Shown here: positions 28,537 through 41,800 of the stretch, one piece after another | Numbering within the stretch: the stretch's first letter is position 1 | Layout of the letters: every line of letters starts with the position of its first letter | Source of the DNA: Proteromonas lacertae | Taxonomy: Eukaryota | NCBI GenBank assembly: GCA_002245135.1 | Contig: NGBS01000022.1 | Span: 62,001 to 124,107 of the forward strand | Length of the DNA: 62,107 bases | Direction of reading: 5' to 3' | The notes under the pieces: generated by a model | What the model saw: the letters and a program-made list of their open reading frames with translations, nothing else | Told to the model about the DNA's origin: nothing | The model's database searches: none | Made by a program: the position numbers and the translations under genes

Positions 28537-29961
28537 ATGGATTTTTCTCATTTGTTTCCAGGCAAACCACCATCCAAATTGTCTCCATCAAAGGAACATA
28601 TCTATTTAAGCCAGATAAATGAAAATCTCAGAAAAGAAAACTCTAATTTATCTAATCAATTGAGTATAACACAAAATGAAATAGCAAAAATAGAAAGTAT
28701 ATTACAAAAATAAAATTTAAAATATATTTAATTTCAATAGATGATTTAAAAGAAGAAACAGAGTATTCACAGATGATGTGTGAAAGGTATGAAATAAAAA
28801 TCAGATCTATTCAACATTCATATGCAGAATACAAAGCATCACAACAAAATGTCACATTATCACCTATACACTCTTCTTCCACATACAGACCTGTTGAGCA
28901 AGAGAAAGAAATTGATTCCAAAGAGATTGAAAGTCATAGAAAATAAAATTCAAAATGTAATAAAATACTTGAGAGTATAGTATAGTATTTTTTAATAAAT
29001 TATAGTCCATGTCAAGTGATACAGATGCAATAACAAAAGAATATGAAATAGAAATGAAAGAAAAGAAAAGTGAAATAGAAAAATTACAACTGTCGATAGA
29101 AAATTTGCAAAATCAATACAAAAATATATCTCTTGATACAAATCAGATTATACACACAATCACAAAACAGACTAAAAGAACAAAACGAAATTTATATGAA
29201 AATTGTCAATAACTTAGATAATTACCAACAATCATTATTTCCTAATTTCCATCCAATTAAATACTTTAGAACCATCAAATATGTCTCAAGCCCTTAATAA
29301 TTTGTTGAATGAAAGTAATAACTTATTCATTAGGCAAAATGTTCTAATAAATGAAAAATTAAAGCAAATTGAACATTCTTTGGTGTATTTAATTTCTTTA
29401 TATGATAATTATAACAAAAGTGATGTAAATTCAATTATTATTCCATATCAATCTTTGTATAATCTTCAACCTGATTATCAATTTACACTCTTCAATGTAT
29501 AATATTATGTTTTATATTTTTATTTATATTTAGAAAGCAAAGGAATTAATATCTGAACTGCAAATAGCAATATATAATTCAAAATTTAACTTTTTAAATT
29601 CTCAAAGTTCATTAGTTATATAATAAATAATACAGATAATATATATATATTGTTTAGTTAGTTGTTTTATAAATACCATTATCAAAATGAATAGAATTTG
29701 AATAATTAAACATTCAAGTATTCTTTTGATAATTCTTATTTTTCTTCTTCTGAAATTCCATCCAGCTTCATTATTTCAATGAATGTAAATGATAATTTAT
29801 ATATATTCTCAAACGCTTCTTTGTTTTCTCTTATTCATTTAAATTATAGAACTCATAATATGATAATAAAATATTTAATGATGATGGATGATAATCTACA
29901 AAATACTTCATATCCTGTTATAATATCCTCTGTACAGTTCATTTTAGCGAATTTTGGCTAA
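28537..29961 (+). CDS. Coiled-coil protein, unknown function, with several apparent +1 frameshifts
   Basis: ATG at 28537 (MDFSHLFPGKPP) with short introns. Frames reconnect if single bases are removed near 28918, 29165 and 29260. Confidence 0.55.
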
Positions 29962-30065
29962 ATTGTTAAATTCACACAAATTTTAATTTTCCTTAATTCA
30001 AATCTTCTAAACAATAAATCTACAATAAACAAATCAAAACAAAATAATTTAGTTAAATATTATCT

Positions 30066-33000
30066 CTATTTAAAAAAAGATAAAATACTACCTTGATTTG
30101 GCATAACATTATTATTACTATTCTTCTTTGATTTCTTTGATGATTTTGGTGATGTTTTTGATATTTTCTTTTCTTTAGGAGGATCATCAATGAAATGAGA
30201 TTCACAATTGTTATTACTACTTTCAACTTTCTTATCATTCTTCATTTCTTCATTATTTTTATTATAAACATCTTTTGCACTCTCATCATCTTCTTTTACA
30301 TCTTTCATATCAATCTTAATGTCTTTTTCTTCAGCTATAAAAGTACTATATCCTTTTTCTTTTTCTGAATTATCTATTTCTATTTTCATTTTTTTATTCT
30401 TCTCATTTTCTTCATTATTATTGTGTTTTCTTTTTGGTCTTATAGTTAATATAACATTATCATCATCATCATCTTCTTCTTCTTCTTCTTCTTTATTTTC
30501 ATTATTCATTTCATTCTTATTTTCTTTCAATCCTTCAGTTTTTCTCTTCTTAGCAGCACCTCCTTTTCTTTCATTAATTCGTTGATATCTGAATATATAT
30601 TTATCACATTTCTCAGCATTCTCTAATCCTTCAATCAAATAACAAACAGGTTCTTGTGTATAACCGAAATAATCAGGTCCACTTATAGCAGTACCAGATT
30701 TCTTTTGTCCTGCTGCAACTTTAGCATTTTTAACTAAATTTAATATCTCATTCCATGCTGATGTTGGACTGACATGAGTGGAATTATGAGATGGATCATC
30801 TTCAGGTTTTACTCTAAATAATGGACCATTATCACCACCATCTAATATTTCGCATGTATACTCAACTCTCACTTCAGGTCTTTTGTAACTTGTAAATAAT
30901 TTTACACTTTTATAACCAATTGGCCATAAATACTTCTCATTATGATATTTGGATCGTTTATAATCAATTTTACCTAAAGATAACACTTTTATTCCTTTTA
31001 CAGTTATTGGTATATGAGTTACTGCTAACATTTCACTGGCCATTTCATGCGCTTCTTCTCTTGATATATTTGGATCTCTTGTTACTGTATAACTTCCTCT
31101 TTTTCCACCATTACCTCTTCCACTTCGACTTGAATGTCGGCTTGATTTTTCTATAATATTATCAACTTCATCATCGTCATCTTCATCTGATGAATTTGAA
31201 GACTCATTAATATCAGGATTCCAATCATCTTCAATTTTTCTCTTTCTTTTTATTCCTACATCCATTGTAGATGGATTTGATATTCTTAATGATGATGAAA
31301 TATTTTGACTATTTTTTTCTTCTTCTTCTTCATTGAATTTCTCAAATATATTTTTATTGCTTCCTTCTTCTCCATTATCTTCATTATCTTCTTCTAAACA
31401 TGATGTTATTGAAGTATTCTTACTCTTCCATGGTTGTACTTTCTTTAATAACTTTATTAAGAATTTTCCTCTTCTATTTATACTATTTTCAGTCAAACTA
31501 TCACAAACATCACTAAATTCATTCAATCTCAATATCATATTGAAGTTCTTAAATCCATAATGGTCTATTTTATTCAATAATACATAATCATGATGGTTTG
31601 ATTCCCATTTGATAGGTAATTCAGCTATCTGTTTGACATGTGCTTCGTTTATATTATATAACCATTGTTTTATTTCTTCTCTATCACTTTTTAGTATATT
31701 TTCTCTTAAGATCTTTAAGGAGTCAATATTCTCCAAGAAACGTTCAGCTGTATGAATTGTGAAGTTTATATATTGTTTTACTACTCTTCGATTGTTTTTG
31801 ATGTTTTCTGCTTCAGATTCTAATTCTTTGATCTTTTTGTAAATCATTATTGAATCTTTGGTATATATTTTACTGATTGTTCTGATATATTCATAACCAC
31901 CATAAGGATAAGTGTCAATTGAGTATTTATCCATCAATTCACTTGTTGAAAAGCTATTATTGTTACTCTTAGCTTGAATTAAGGCTTGTTCAATACATTT
32001 AGTCAATTCATAGTTGATAATTACTTCATTTTCTTCATCTTGAGGAGTTAATTTGAAATGTGATGTAGGTAATCCAATACTTTCTATAATAAATATCAGT
32101 TTCTTTATCTCATTATCATTCCACTGTTTGGTTATTAAACTATTGCCAATTGAATTATTTTTCAAGCCAAAGCTTGATAATAATTCATCGCTGCTAGGCA
32201 TTATATTGTTGATTCTCATCTGTGAATTGTGATTCATCTCATAGTCCACAATTTTCTTAATCCTTTTAGCTAATACAGGGAACTTTGGGAAAGCCTCTTT
32301 CTCATTTCCACAATTGAAGGGTAAATCATTATCAGCCAATATCTTATCTACATTGCTCCAACCATGTTTTGATATACCAATTATCAATGACTTATCATCT
32401 CGATTACTCCATCCTCTCATTGGAACTGGTGTGTAAAACGGCACACTTTTACTATTTTTATTATAATAATACTTATCAGCAACAACTCTAGTTAAATGCA
32501 ATTGATTTATAATAAACATATGTTTTTCACCAACATTAAAGTATTTCTTCCATATCACTTCATCTCTTAATATAATAGGAACAGTGTTTGGATGGTTAAT
32601 AGGTTCATAATCACTATAATATCTCTCATACTCTACAACTGGTTTAATATCAGGACTTATATACTCTAAAACAGGATATGTATTTCTTAAAAGCTTGATA
32701 GCATTACAAGCTTCTTTTTTTGCCCTATCTCCTCTTCCACATCCATTTTTAATATACGTATATACACCTGTATTTGTACTATGATTCTTATAGGCTGCAA
32801 TTGCTCTACAATATTGTCCAATTATACAAACACATAGATTTGATATATCTTCAATTGATCTTCTTCTACAACCAGATTGTAGTTTAATTTCTTCCCATTT
32901 GCCAAAGCCATAGGTCATTAATGCACTTATGATTTTATCTCTTTCATTTTTAGTCCAGGGAGTATCAGATTCATCTTCTGGATAGATATCTAAAGAGGAA

Positions 33001-35951
33001 TACAATTTATTTCTTTTTGATTTTGAATTGAATTCGTCAATATCTACATATTCATCATCATTATCGTTATTTAGAATATTATTGTTGTTATTTATCCCAA
33101 CATACTTAGACCAGAAATCTGGATCATTGATATCAACCTCATCACTATTATTAGACACAAATGATGCTTTACTAAAAATAGAGTCGTTATCTTTACCGTT
33201 ACTATTATCTTCAGAAGTGATAATTTTACAAGATTTCTCTAAGATTTGATCAATATTTGAATCACAGAATATTTGACTTTCTTTGTCACTAATTCCTTCT
33301 TTTTCTTCTTCAAATATGTGGTAAGCACCATACTTTAACAAATTCTCTATTTCTTTCTTATTTAATAACAATTCTTTACTTTTACCTTCTTCTAAGTTAT
33401 GTAAAATTGCTTTATCTAAACCTAACTTCATATTTGCTCTACTAAACATTTCATATTCATAAGTCTTTCTTGTAATAAATCTGTAAACTTTCACTTCATT
33501 AGTTTGACCAATTCTATGACATCGAGCTATGGCTTGAATATCATTCTGAGGATTCCAATCACTATCAAATACAATAACTGTATCAGCAGCAGTTAGATTA
33601 ATTCCCAATCCACCAGCTTTTGTACAAATTAAGAATATAAATATGTCACTATTCTCTTTAGTAAAACGATCAATTGCATTTTGTCTTTCAGTTCCATTTA
33701 TTGTTCCATCTAATCGTTCAAATGAGTAATTTTTATAAGTTAAATAATCTTGAAGTATATCTAATACTCTTACCATTTGACTGAATATTAATATTCGATG
33801 TTTTTGACTTTGTAATTTGGGTAATAATTTCTCTAATAATACCATTTTACCACTTGTATTGATTAACAACTCCATTGATTTTTCATAATAATTAGAATCA
33901 CTTTCTTTAATATTATTCTCTTTTAATAATTTATCTTCAACTTCAGATATTAAATATGGATGATTACAACATTTTCTTAATTCCATCATTATATTCATCA
34001 TTGATGGAACTTTAGATTTATTCTCATTATTATATAATATCTGAATATTTTTCTCATATATTGCACGATAATATTTCTTTTGTATTGATGTCAATTCTAC
34101 TTCAATTAATAACTCTTGTTTTGGCTTAATATTCGTCTCAACATCTCCTTTCATTCTTCTTAAGAAATATTTCCTTAATATATCATGTAATTCATTGATT
34201 TTCTCACTATCTTTTATATCTCCAAAATCTTTAGCAAAATCATCATAATCACGGAATGTTTCTCTGTCTATAAAGTTTAATAAACTGTAGAGTTCAGATA
34301 TTTCATTTTGAATGGGAGTTCCTGTTAATAATAAGATTCCATCACATATATATTGAACAAGTGTGGTTCTTAACTTTGAATTTATATTTTTTATTTTATG
34401 AGCTTCATCTATTACCATTAAACTCCATTTTATATTTTTACTTAATAAATTTGCATCTTGCATTGCAATTTCTGGTGTTGTGATTAATATATCAAATTTA
34501 TATTTTTCTTCTGCTTTGTCATTATCATTTTCTTCAATTTTCCATTCATAATTTTGTATAATTTTCTTTGATATTAAATCACCATGATATACAACAGCAT
34601 ATAAATTACTCCACTCTTCAATTTCTTTCTTCCAATTAGGTATGGTTGATAATGGAGCAATTACTATGAAAGGACCTTCAATTTTATATTCGTTATATAG
34701 ATAATTAATATATCCAATAGTTTGAATGGTTTTACCTAATCCCATTTCATCTGCTAATATACTATTTCTACGATTAATCCAATTCCATACTAACCATTTT
34801 ATACCTTGTATTTGATAATCTCTTAATTCATTTCCATTCTTATATTCATTAATAAAATTATCTGGTTTAAATGAATCTGTTGTCGGTCGATAGGTAAATG
34901 GATTTTTGACTTGTTTTTTATTGATGTTTTTGTATAGTTCTTTTCTTTCAAAATATTTTGTTATTTCATAATCAGGTTCGATCAGATCTTGGATCCTCTC
35001 CCAAGTAGAGTCTTTATAAGGTAATGAATCCCATTTTATGTAAAATATTATATTGTAATTCTCTAAATCATTGTTTTCTACAATTTCTTTATATTTTTCT
35101 TCTGTTAGTGGTTCAAATGGTTTTTCTTCTTCCTCCTCCTCTTCTTCTTCTATTTCTTCATTCTTTTGTTGGATTTTTGCATCTAATATTCTTTCTATTT
35201 CAATATATTTATCATTAAAACATAATTCTTCACCATTTTTACTTATATAATAATCCTTCTTAGAATTATTGAACTTTTGGATCTTTTTGAATATCTTACT
35301 TCCTTCTAATTTCTCTAAACTTGATAGTTCTTCCCAACTACTGTGTATATAACTTATATCTTTCCATTTTACTAAGTTTTTCTCAACATAACCTTCATTA
35401 TCACAATCCCAAGTTAATCTTGAACCATTTTGGATGAATTGGGTGTTTTTAATTCCATATTGCTTATCCCACTCTTCCATTGTTAGAGATTTTTTACCTA
35501 GTATAAGCTCAACAATAGGTGTTGTCAATCCACTTCTTGCTTTGGTTCTTGGTGTTTCTTCTACATCTGATTCATCACTCATTTCTTCGTAGACAAATAG
35601 GTTACCAGCATTGGCCCTTCTGTCTCTAGATACACATAAAGGTATGTCTAATCAAGAGATAGTTGCAATAAAAATATACTGTCCTCATCGTCTGAGTCTA
35701 TTTGTTCACTAGAAGGGTCTGAATTAACAGAAGGTTCATCATCATTAGAAGGTTCTGACCTAATGCTTTGAGGAGTGTTATGGCAAACCTCAATCTCAGA
35801 AATAGGTGTATTAGGCTGTTCACTATCACTTGCAGAATCACTATTTAATACAAATCTAAAGAGATAATTAATACCTGTTTATCAAATCTTCTGATAGACA
35901 ACCTTTTACATGAGTGGACATGCTAGAGTTATTGATTTCAACAATACTCAT
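30066..35951 (-). CDS. CHD-family (CHD6-9-like) chromatin remodeller with C-terminal FYRN/FYRC domain
   Basis: Tandem chromodomains (LVKWKDISYIHSSWE; IKWDSLPYKDSTWE), ILADEMGLGKT, DEAH, QAIARCHRIGQ, SANT-like helices and FYR motifs LWPIGY..YTCEI..SPTSAW..ISGPDYFG. Two upstream introns lead to the ATG at 35951. Confidence 0.93.
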
Positions 35952-35984
35952 TTCGAAACTGATCAATTTTATGATTCCAAAAAA

Positions 35985-36010
35985 CGCGCCAAAATTAACT
36001 AACGGCCAAT
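35985..36010 (-). promoter_or_regulatory. E2F-consensus site (TTTTGGCGCG) and nearby CCAAT upstream of the CHD gene
   Basis: CGCGCCAAAA at 35985-35994, about 35 nt upstream of the ATG in an otherwise GC-poor background; GGCCAAT at 36004-36010. Confidence 0.45.
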
Positions 36011-36469
36011 CTTTTTCAATCAAAAATCATTTTCTATTTAAATAGCTCTATGGTTTGTTTTATAGTCTAATATGCCTGTTGCAGTAATTTTATACATCCA
36101 TACAATTCATACACTAATTTTTATTATTTAGTGTAGTTAATCAGTTAAAGGATCAATAAATGTATAACTTCATACTATTTAAAATAATAACAATAGTTGA
36201 CATGTTAATAATTGATTATATGATTTATATTTTTTGGTATTAAGCAAAATGAGTGCTTAAGCATTATAAATGCAAGAAATAGAAATGACTAAATAATTAG
36301 CATGTTTTCAACTAGTATATCTGGTGTGTTCATTTTTTTATTGAAATTTCAGTTACATTTTCCATAACGAAAGGGATATACTATTTTTTAAATTATTCAA
36401 ATCATTATCAACAACATGATACATTTAACTCCCAACAAATAAAACAACTATTTAACCAACAAATGTAAA

Positions 36470-37730
36470 CTATAATAAAACATTCTCTAAGAAATCTGTC
36501 AAGGAAGGAACCAACATTTTACGACTAATTTTAGCTTCTTTCTGTTGATACACTTCATATTTGTCAGATCTATTTCAAAATATATATACCAACTATACAA
36601 TTTTTTCAATCCTAATGATTTGGTAAGAGCTTTAGTTACTCTCTTACACAAATTCTCATCTTTACAACGAAAATAAATCTCCCTTTTTGGTTGATTATCT
36701 TTATTGACAGTTAAACCCATTATTATATACATGTGTAAACCTTCCACTCTCATAAACTCGATAATTTCATCTTCAACTTTTTCATCATTCTTAAAAAATC
36801 GATGAATTGGATATAACATACCAGAAATACCCATAGAGAACACTCCTATTTTATACTCCTTGTAATCATAATTAAATCTTTCATTCCAATTTAACTCCTC
36901 ACTCCACCATTTCTCGTTAAATCGTATGCATTTCAAATCCTTCATATAATTTGTTGTGATCAAAGCCTGTTTCACTTTCATGATGTGAATCTATTAATAA
37001 ATTCGCCATTTCCGTATCTAATGGAGTGGTACGACTCTTACTTGCTAGATTTTGGGTATCCAACATTATCGCACCCAGTAAAAGAGTTGATAAAGGAGGC
37101 ACTAATAATTCAGCTATAGTATGATTAAAAATAAGAAGAAATTACGTTTTTCATTATATATCAAATCTGTTACTAAAGAACAACAAGATCCTACAGTTTG
37201 AGGTTTGCTTTCTTTATCAAATACAATATTTCTTTTTTCATCTTTAACTTGTAAACACTTCTTATTGTCGTAATGATGATCAATTATATAAACCACAGAG
37301 TCTTCATAATCTCTAAGTGATTTTTGTAATTCATTATGATCTGTTAGAAATAAATTTAACGAATTATTTTGATATAATAACTGCCAAGGTATTTCTTCTG
37401 TAAATGTTGGTTGATATGAATCTATATGTGCTACTGAGAATAAATGTTGAGTTTCTATTCTTAATTTCCAATAAAACTTCTTGATATTCACTATTGGTAA
37501 GAAATGACTTCTTATATCCTTAAAAAAATAATATAATATTAGATACTCTTTTGTATAAGAAGTAAGCTAAAGCAATGGCACTAACTACACTATCAGTATC
37601 TGCAGCCTATGCTTATTAACTAAAAAACAAATACTTCATTACCCATGATGACATTTAACTTGACTCTATTTGTTGCTACATTTTCTAGCGGTTTTCTACA
37701 AGATTTCAACCAATCCAACAACTGTGCCAT
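36470..37730 (-). CDS. Prune/PPX1-like DHH exopolyphosphatase
   Basis: GNE|AADTDSVVSAIALAY, TDHN, IIDHH, VGSCCSLV, AIMLDT, DYKE and terminal SRKMLVP. One apparent +1 frameshift near 36940. Confidence 0.9.
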
Positions 37731-37808
37731 AAAATAATGAAGGTTTTCTAAAAATACTCAAGCTTTTTTGCTTGAAAATTTAAAATGAAAATATAAAAAA
37801 CCAAAAAT

Positions 37809-38732
37809 ATGAACATAGGATCAATTTCTTTTAAAGATAATCTGTCGGAAACATATAAACAGAAAGAAAAAGAGCTACATGAATATGAAAATAGAATACC
37901 TGCTCAAGAACAGATAATCAGTGAATTAAAATCTCTAATTGATGAAGATTCTGATTATTCTGATTATTCACCTTCTCCCATAAATTCGAAAGTAAAAGTG
38001 TCAAAAAAAGAAGAAGAGCAGACTTTTAATTCAGATGTGCAGAAAGAATTGATGAGATACAAAATAGAAAATGTATAATTTAGTCGATTATATATGATTA
38101 GTCAAAACTAAAACAAGAAAATCAATCATTGAAAACACAGATTCAATTATTATCTCAATCATCTGTAGGTGATACCATATCATCTACTTCTGCAATAAGA
38201 GATCATTATAATGTATAAAATTATTAATTAAAAAAAATACTATAAATAGAAAGAAATAAAGGAATATAAAAGAAAAATAGAATATTTCAAAAATCTACTT
38301 AATACATTCAAAATTGAATATGATGAGAATGAAATTGAAACAGACGATTACGAAAATACTTCCTTTGATTTATCATCTTTCCCTCCTATTCCAAAAATTA
38401 TACTTCATTCAACAAAAAACAGTAATAACAATAATAGTAAACCATCAATGATTTTACCAACTAATAATTCATTACCCTCACCACTACAAACTGAAAGACA
38501 CAATTTTAATTACCAACACCAACAACAATCAATTAAAATGCATAATAGTGAGAATGATCTAGTTAAATCTCCCAATTATATGAGATATGGATCAATGAAT
38601 TATGAATCTATTAGACCAATTTATCATAGTTCTTACAGTAGTAGTAATTACACACCTATTAATAGTGAAAATATTAACTCTGTATTTGATGGATTGGATG
38701 ATAAAATAAATCAATTAAGAGGTTATTTATGA
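37809..38732 (+). CDS. Unknown protein with coiled-coil segments
   Basis: ATG at 37809; two short GTAT..AG introns link the ORF fragments; stop at 38732. Confidence 0.65.
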
Positions 38733-38978
38733 TTATTTATTTATTTTATGTTTATTTGTGAAGTTAAATTTTGAATAACTCAAGCTTAAGTGTAAATAGC
38801 TTGATTCGTTTTTGTTTTTTTTAAGATAGCATTTCCTTATTTTTGTTGTTTTTATATTAATATAGATACTATTACTTTTTTATCGGCGTGATATTTTAAA
38901 AAGAATTTTAAATATTAGCTATATCGTCAATAGTCACATACAAAAAGGAGTAGTCAAAAATAAATAGATAAGTATATA

Positions 38979-41346
38979 ATGAAAAAAGGAGTGAATCCAT
39001 ATATTCATTTTTGCCCACCATCCACTCCATATCAAATAGAAAATAGAAGAGAAAAAATGAAATCATGTATTCCTTATCAGCCACCTTCATCCGATGAAAT
39101 AGATGAATATAAAATAAGAAATGAAATAGAACCACATTTACATTCTCGACAATATCCACCCTATGAAATAGAAGGGACTGATGATATACTGAACTGTAAT
39201 AAATTAAAAAAGAAAGTGATAAAAACTATTAATTATAATCCTCTATTATATATCAAACTAAAAAGGAATAGAGCAAAACAACTAAAATCTAAAGTATTCG
39301 ATTTTGAGACAAATTACTATCGACTAGCGTCATTCATTGTATTTTTATTCAATTATATTAAATAGGAAAAATATGGACTATTAAGTAGTATAAATATTTG
39401 TGAAGAAGTAGAAGTGTCGTTTAAATATGATGTTATATTAATATCAACTCCATCTTATAATGTATGTAATACAGATTATCCACTATCTATTAATAATATA
39501 ATAAAGAGTATATCAGTTAATATTTTAAATGAAATAATAAAATTTCAAAGTGTTGGTTTACATCATGGGAATATTTGTATTAATAATATATATGTAAATG
39601 AAAATGGTGAATATAGGTTGTTTGATTATTTCCATAGAATGTTTGAAATAGATAAAATAGATTTAGAATATTATTTTAATATAAGCCCAGAAGAAATACA
39701 AGGTAAAGAAGTAACAAATGCAAGTGATATGTGGCAGTTGGGTCAACTTATAAAGAAATTAATAGGTTATGATTCACTTGATTTAAGTGTTGGTAAATAT
39801 AATGAAAGAGAAATAAATATTGAAATGAAAAAACTTACAGATAAATTGACTGATTTAAATCCTAAAAAACGACTTACAGCTAAAGAAATGCTGAATATAT
39901 TGCTAAAGAGAGACTCTTTGTTTGATATAAATGATTATATTCATAATAGAATTGATAAAGGTATTATATATAATAATGGACTGTTTGAAATTATTTTGAC
40001 ACAATTGAAAGATATTGATGTTGATTTAATAGGTGATTTAAAGAATTTTATTAGTATTATTATGTTCTGTTTATGTTAACATAGGTTATTATTGCAACAG
40101 ATACCTCAACAATAATGATAGTAAATCATTTGGATTTATACTAAATTTAGCACTAAAATATCCTGAAGTGTTGAATCTATTAAAGGAGTTTTATTTTGAA
40201 CCAGATTCTTTTCAAGAAAAAGTGATAATTGCTATAACAGAGGGAAATGAATTAAACTTATATGCAAATGATTTTAATAATGAAGACTTCCTGCAATTAA
40301 CAAATGTAATGGAATATATGAAAGATCTTAAAAAGTTCAATTTTGGAGGATATGAAATGAAAAAAGAAGAATTAGAAAAATTGAAAAATTCAATTGAAAA
40401 GAATGTGCAAATTGAGAAATTAAGTCTTTTCTATTTTAAGATTGATAAAGAAGGAATTAAAACAATAATTTCATCAATTGCAGTATTAAAAAATCTAAAA
40501 TCACTTAATTTAGAAAGGAATAATATAGATGAAAAAGGAATTAGAATGTTATGTGGTTTACTGCGGGAATTACATAATCTAAAAGAATTAAATATATCAT
40601 TTAATCCAATTGGACCAGATGGAATGAAAGTTTTAGGCACGTTTTCAGAATATCTCAACAATTTATCAGAATTAAATATTTCTCATTGTAAAATCCAAGA
40701 AAAAGGTGCAGAATGTTTTTATAAAAAATGTTCTAAGAATTTAACTAATTTACAAGTATTAAACATTTCATATAATTCATTATTTCAAGGAGGTGGTAAG
40801 TCTTTATTAAGTGCATTATATTTTAAAGATTTAATTAAGTTAGACTTGTCGTACAACTATATTAAATCAGATTCAGTTAAGAATATAATATATAGATTAT
40901 CAAAGTATTCTCCTAAATTAAAAACTTTAAATATATCAGGAAATGCAATTAAATCACCTCCTAAATTGCATATAGATGAATCAGGAATAGAATGGTTAGA
41001 TGATTCTATTTTAGTGATGAAAAGTATATCTGTCTTAAAAATAGATGATAATAATCTGAATTCTAGGGATATTAGATTGTTGCAAAAATATAGCTGCTTG
41101 TTTGATAATTTAGAAGAATTAAGTATGTCGTCGAATAACATTGAAGATGTTAATTCAATAGTATCTTGCTTAAGGAATTTTAAAAACTTAAAGAAAGCCA
41201 ATTTTAAGAGTAATAGAAAGAAATTTTCAAGTAAGGATGTGTCTAGTATCAATAAAGTATTGCCAAATCTTATTTTAGAGATTGAAAAAGAAGAACCAAT
41301 ACCAATTTTCCCACAAATACAACATGTAACAACTAAACGTTTGTAA
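38979..41346 (+). CDS. Pseudokinase + RI-like LRR protein
   Basis: HHGNICINNI, DYF, ISPEEIQG..ASDMWQLG and NPKKRLTA, followed by about 28-aa LRRs (LKSLNLERNNIDEKG, LKELNISFNPIGPDG and others). Confidence 0.82.
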
Positions 41347-41365
41347 AATTAGTTATAAATATTGA

Positions 41366-41711
41366 CTACTCCTTTTTGTCTTTATTTTGTTTTGTTAAAG
41401 TGTTTAAATGTAATACGTGATATCTATGAAAATAAAACTATACAATAATAATACACTGGACAATATCCCATTCCACCAGATGCAATAAACAAAGACGCAA
41501 TAATACAGGGAGTGATTTTTCTAGAAACAACTGCTGGAATAAAAGCTCTATTATATTATATTATTTTTACCCACAAATACAATCCAATTACCCCTCTCAA
41601 CACCCTGTCAGTCATACCAACATTTTTAAACATCATATTCTGTTGTTGTTGTGTTGCGACCTTCTGTTCACTAATTTTCACTCCTTTAACTGGTGGTGGC
41701 GGTTTATCCAT
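41366..41711 (-). CDS. Small DUF2892/YgaP-type membrane protein (not in the ORF track)
   Basis: Three exons (33- and 28-nt introns) give MDKPPPPVKG..FKNVGMTDRVLRGVIGLAFIPAVV..LFIASGGMGYCPVYHVLHLNT..KKE*. KNVG..DR..R and G.CP.Y..L..NT are the family hallmarks. Confidence 0.8.
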
Positions 41712-41800
41712 TCCTGCTCTTTAAAAATGAAAAAATAGATTGTTTCAAAATTTTTATCGTTATTCTTTATCAAACCTTTTTGCTTGATTCATTCTTAAAA

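Noticed and set aside
27553..29275. +1 frameshifts in the aminopeptidase (CCC GAA GTG TGA instead of CCG AAG TGT GAT) and the next gene, read as programmed frameshifting, editing or pseudogenes
   Set aside because: Each is one extra base in a short homopolymer, clustered locally, with no shared slippery motif. Consensus error is the simplest explanation; read pile-up would decide.
36917..36981. Frameshift splitting the Prune/PPX1 gene
   Set aside because: A single extra base in an otherwise intact conserved enzyme; probably a sequencing error.
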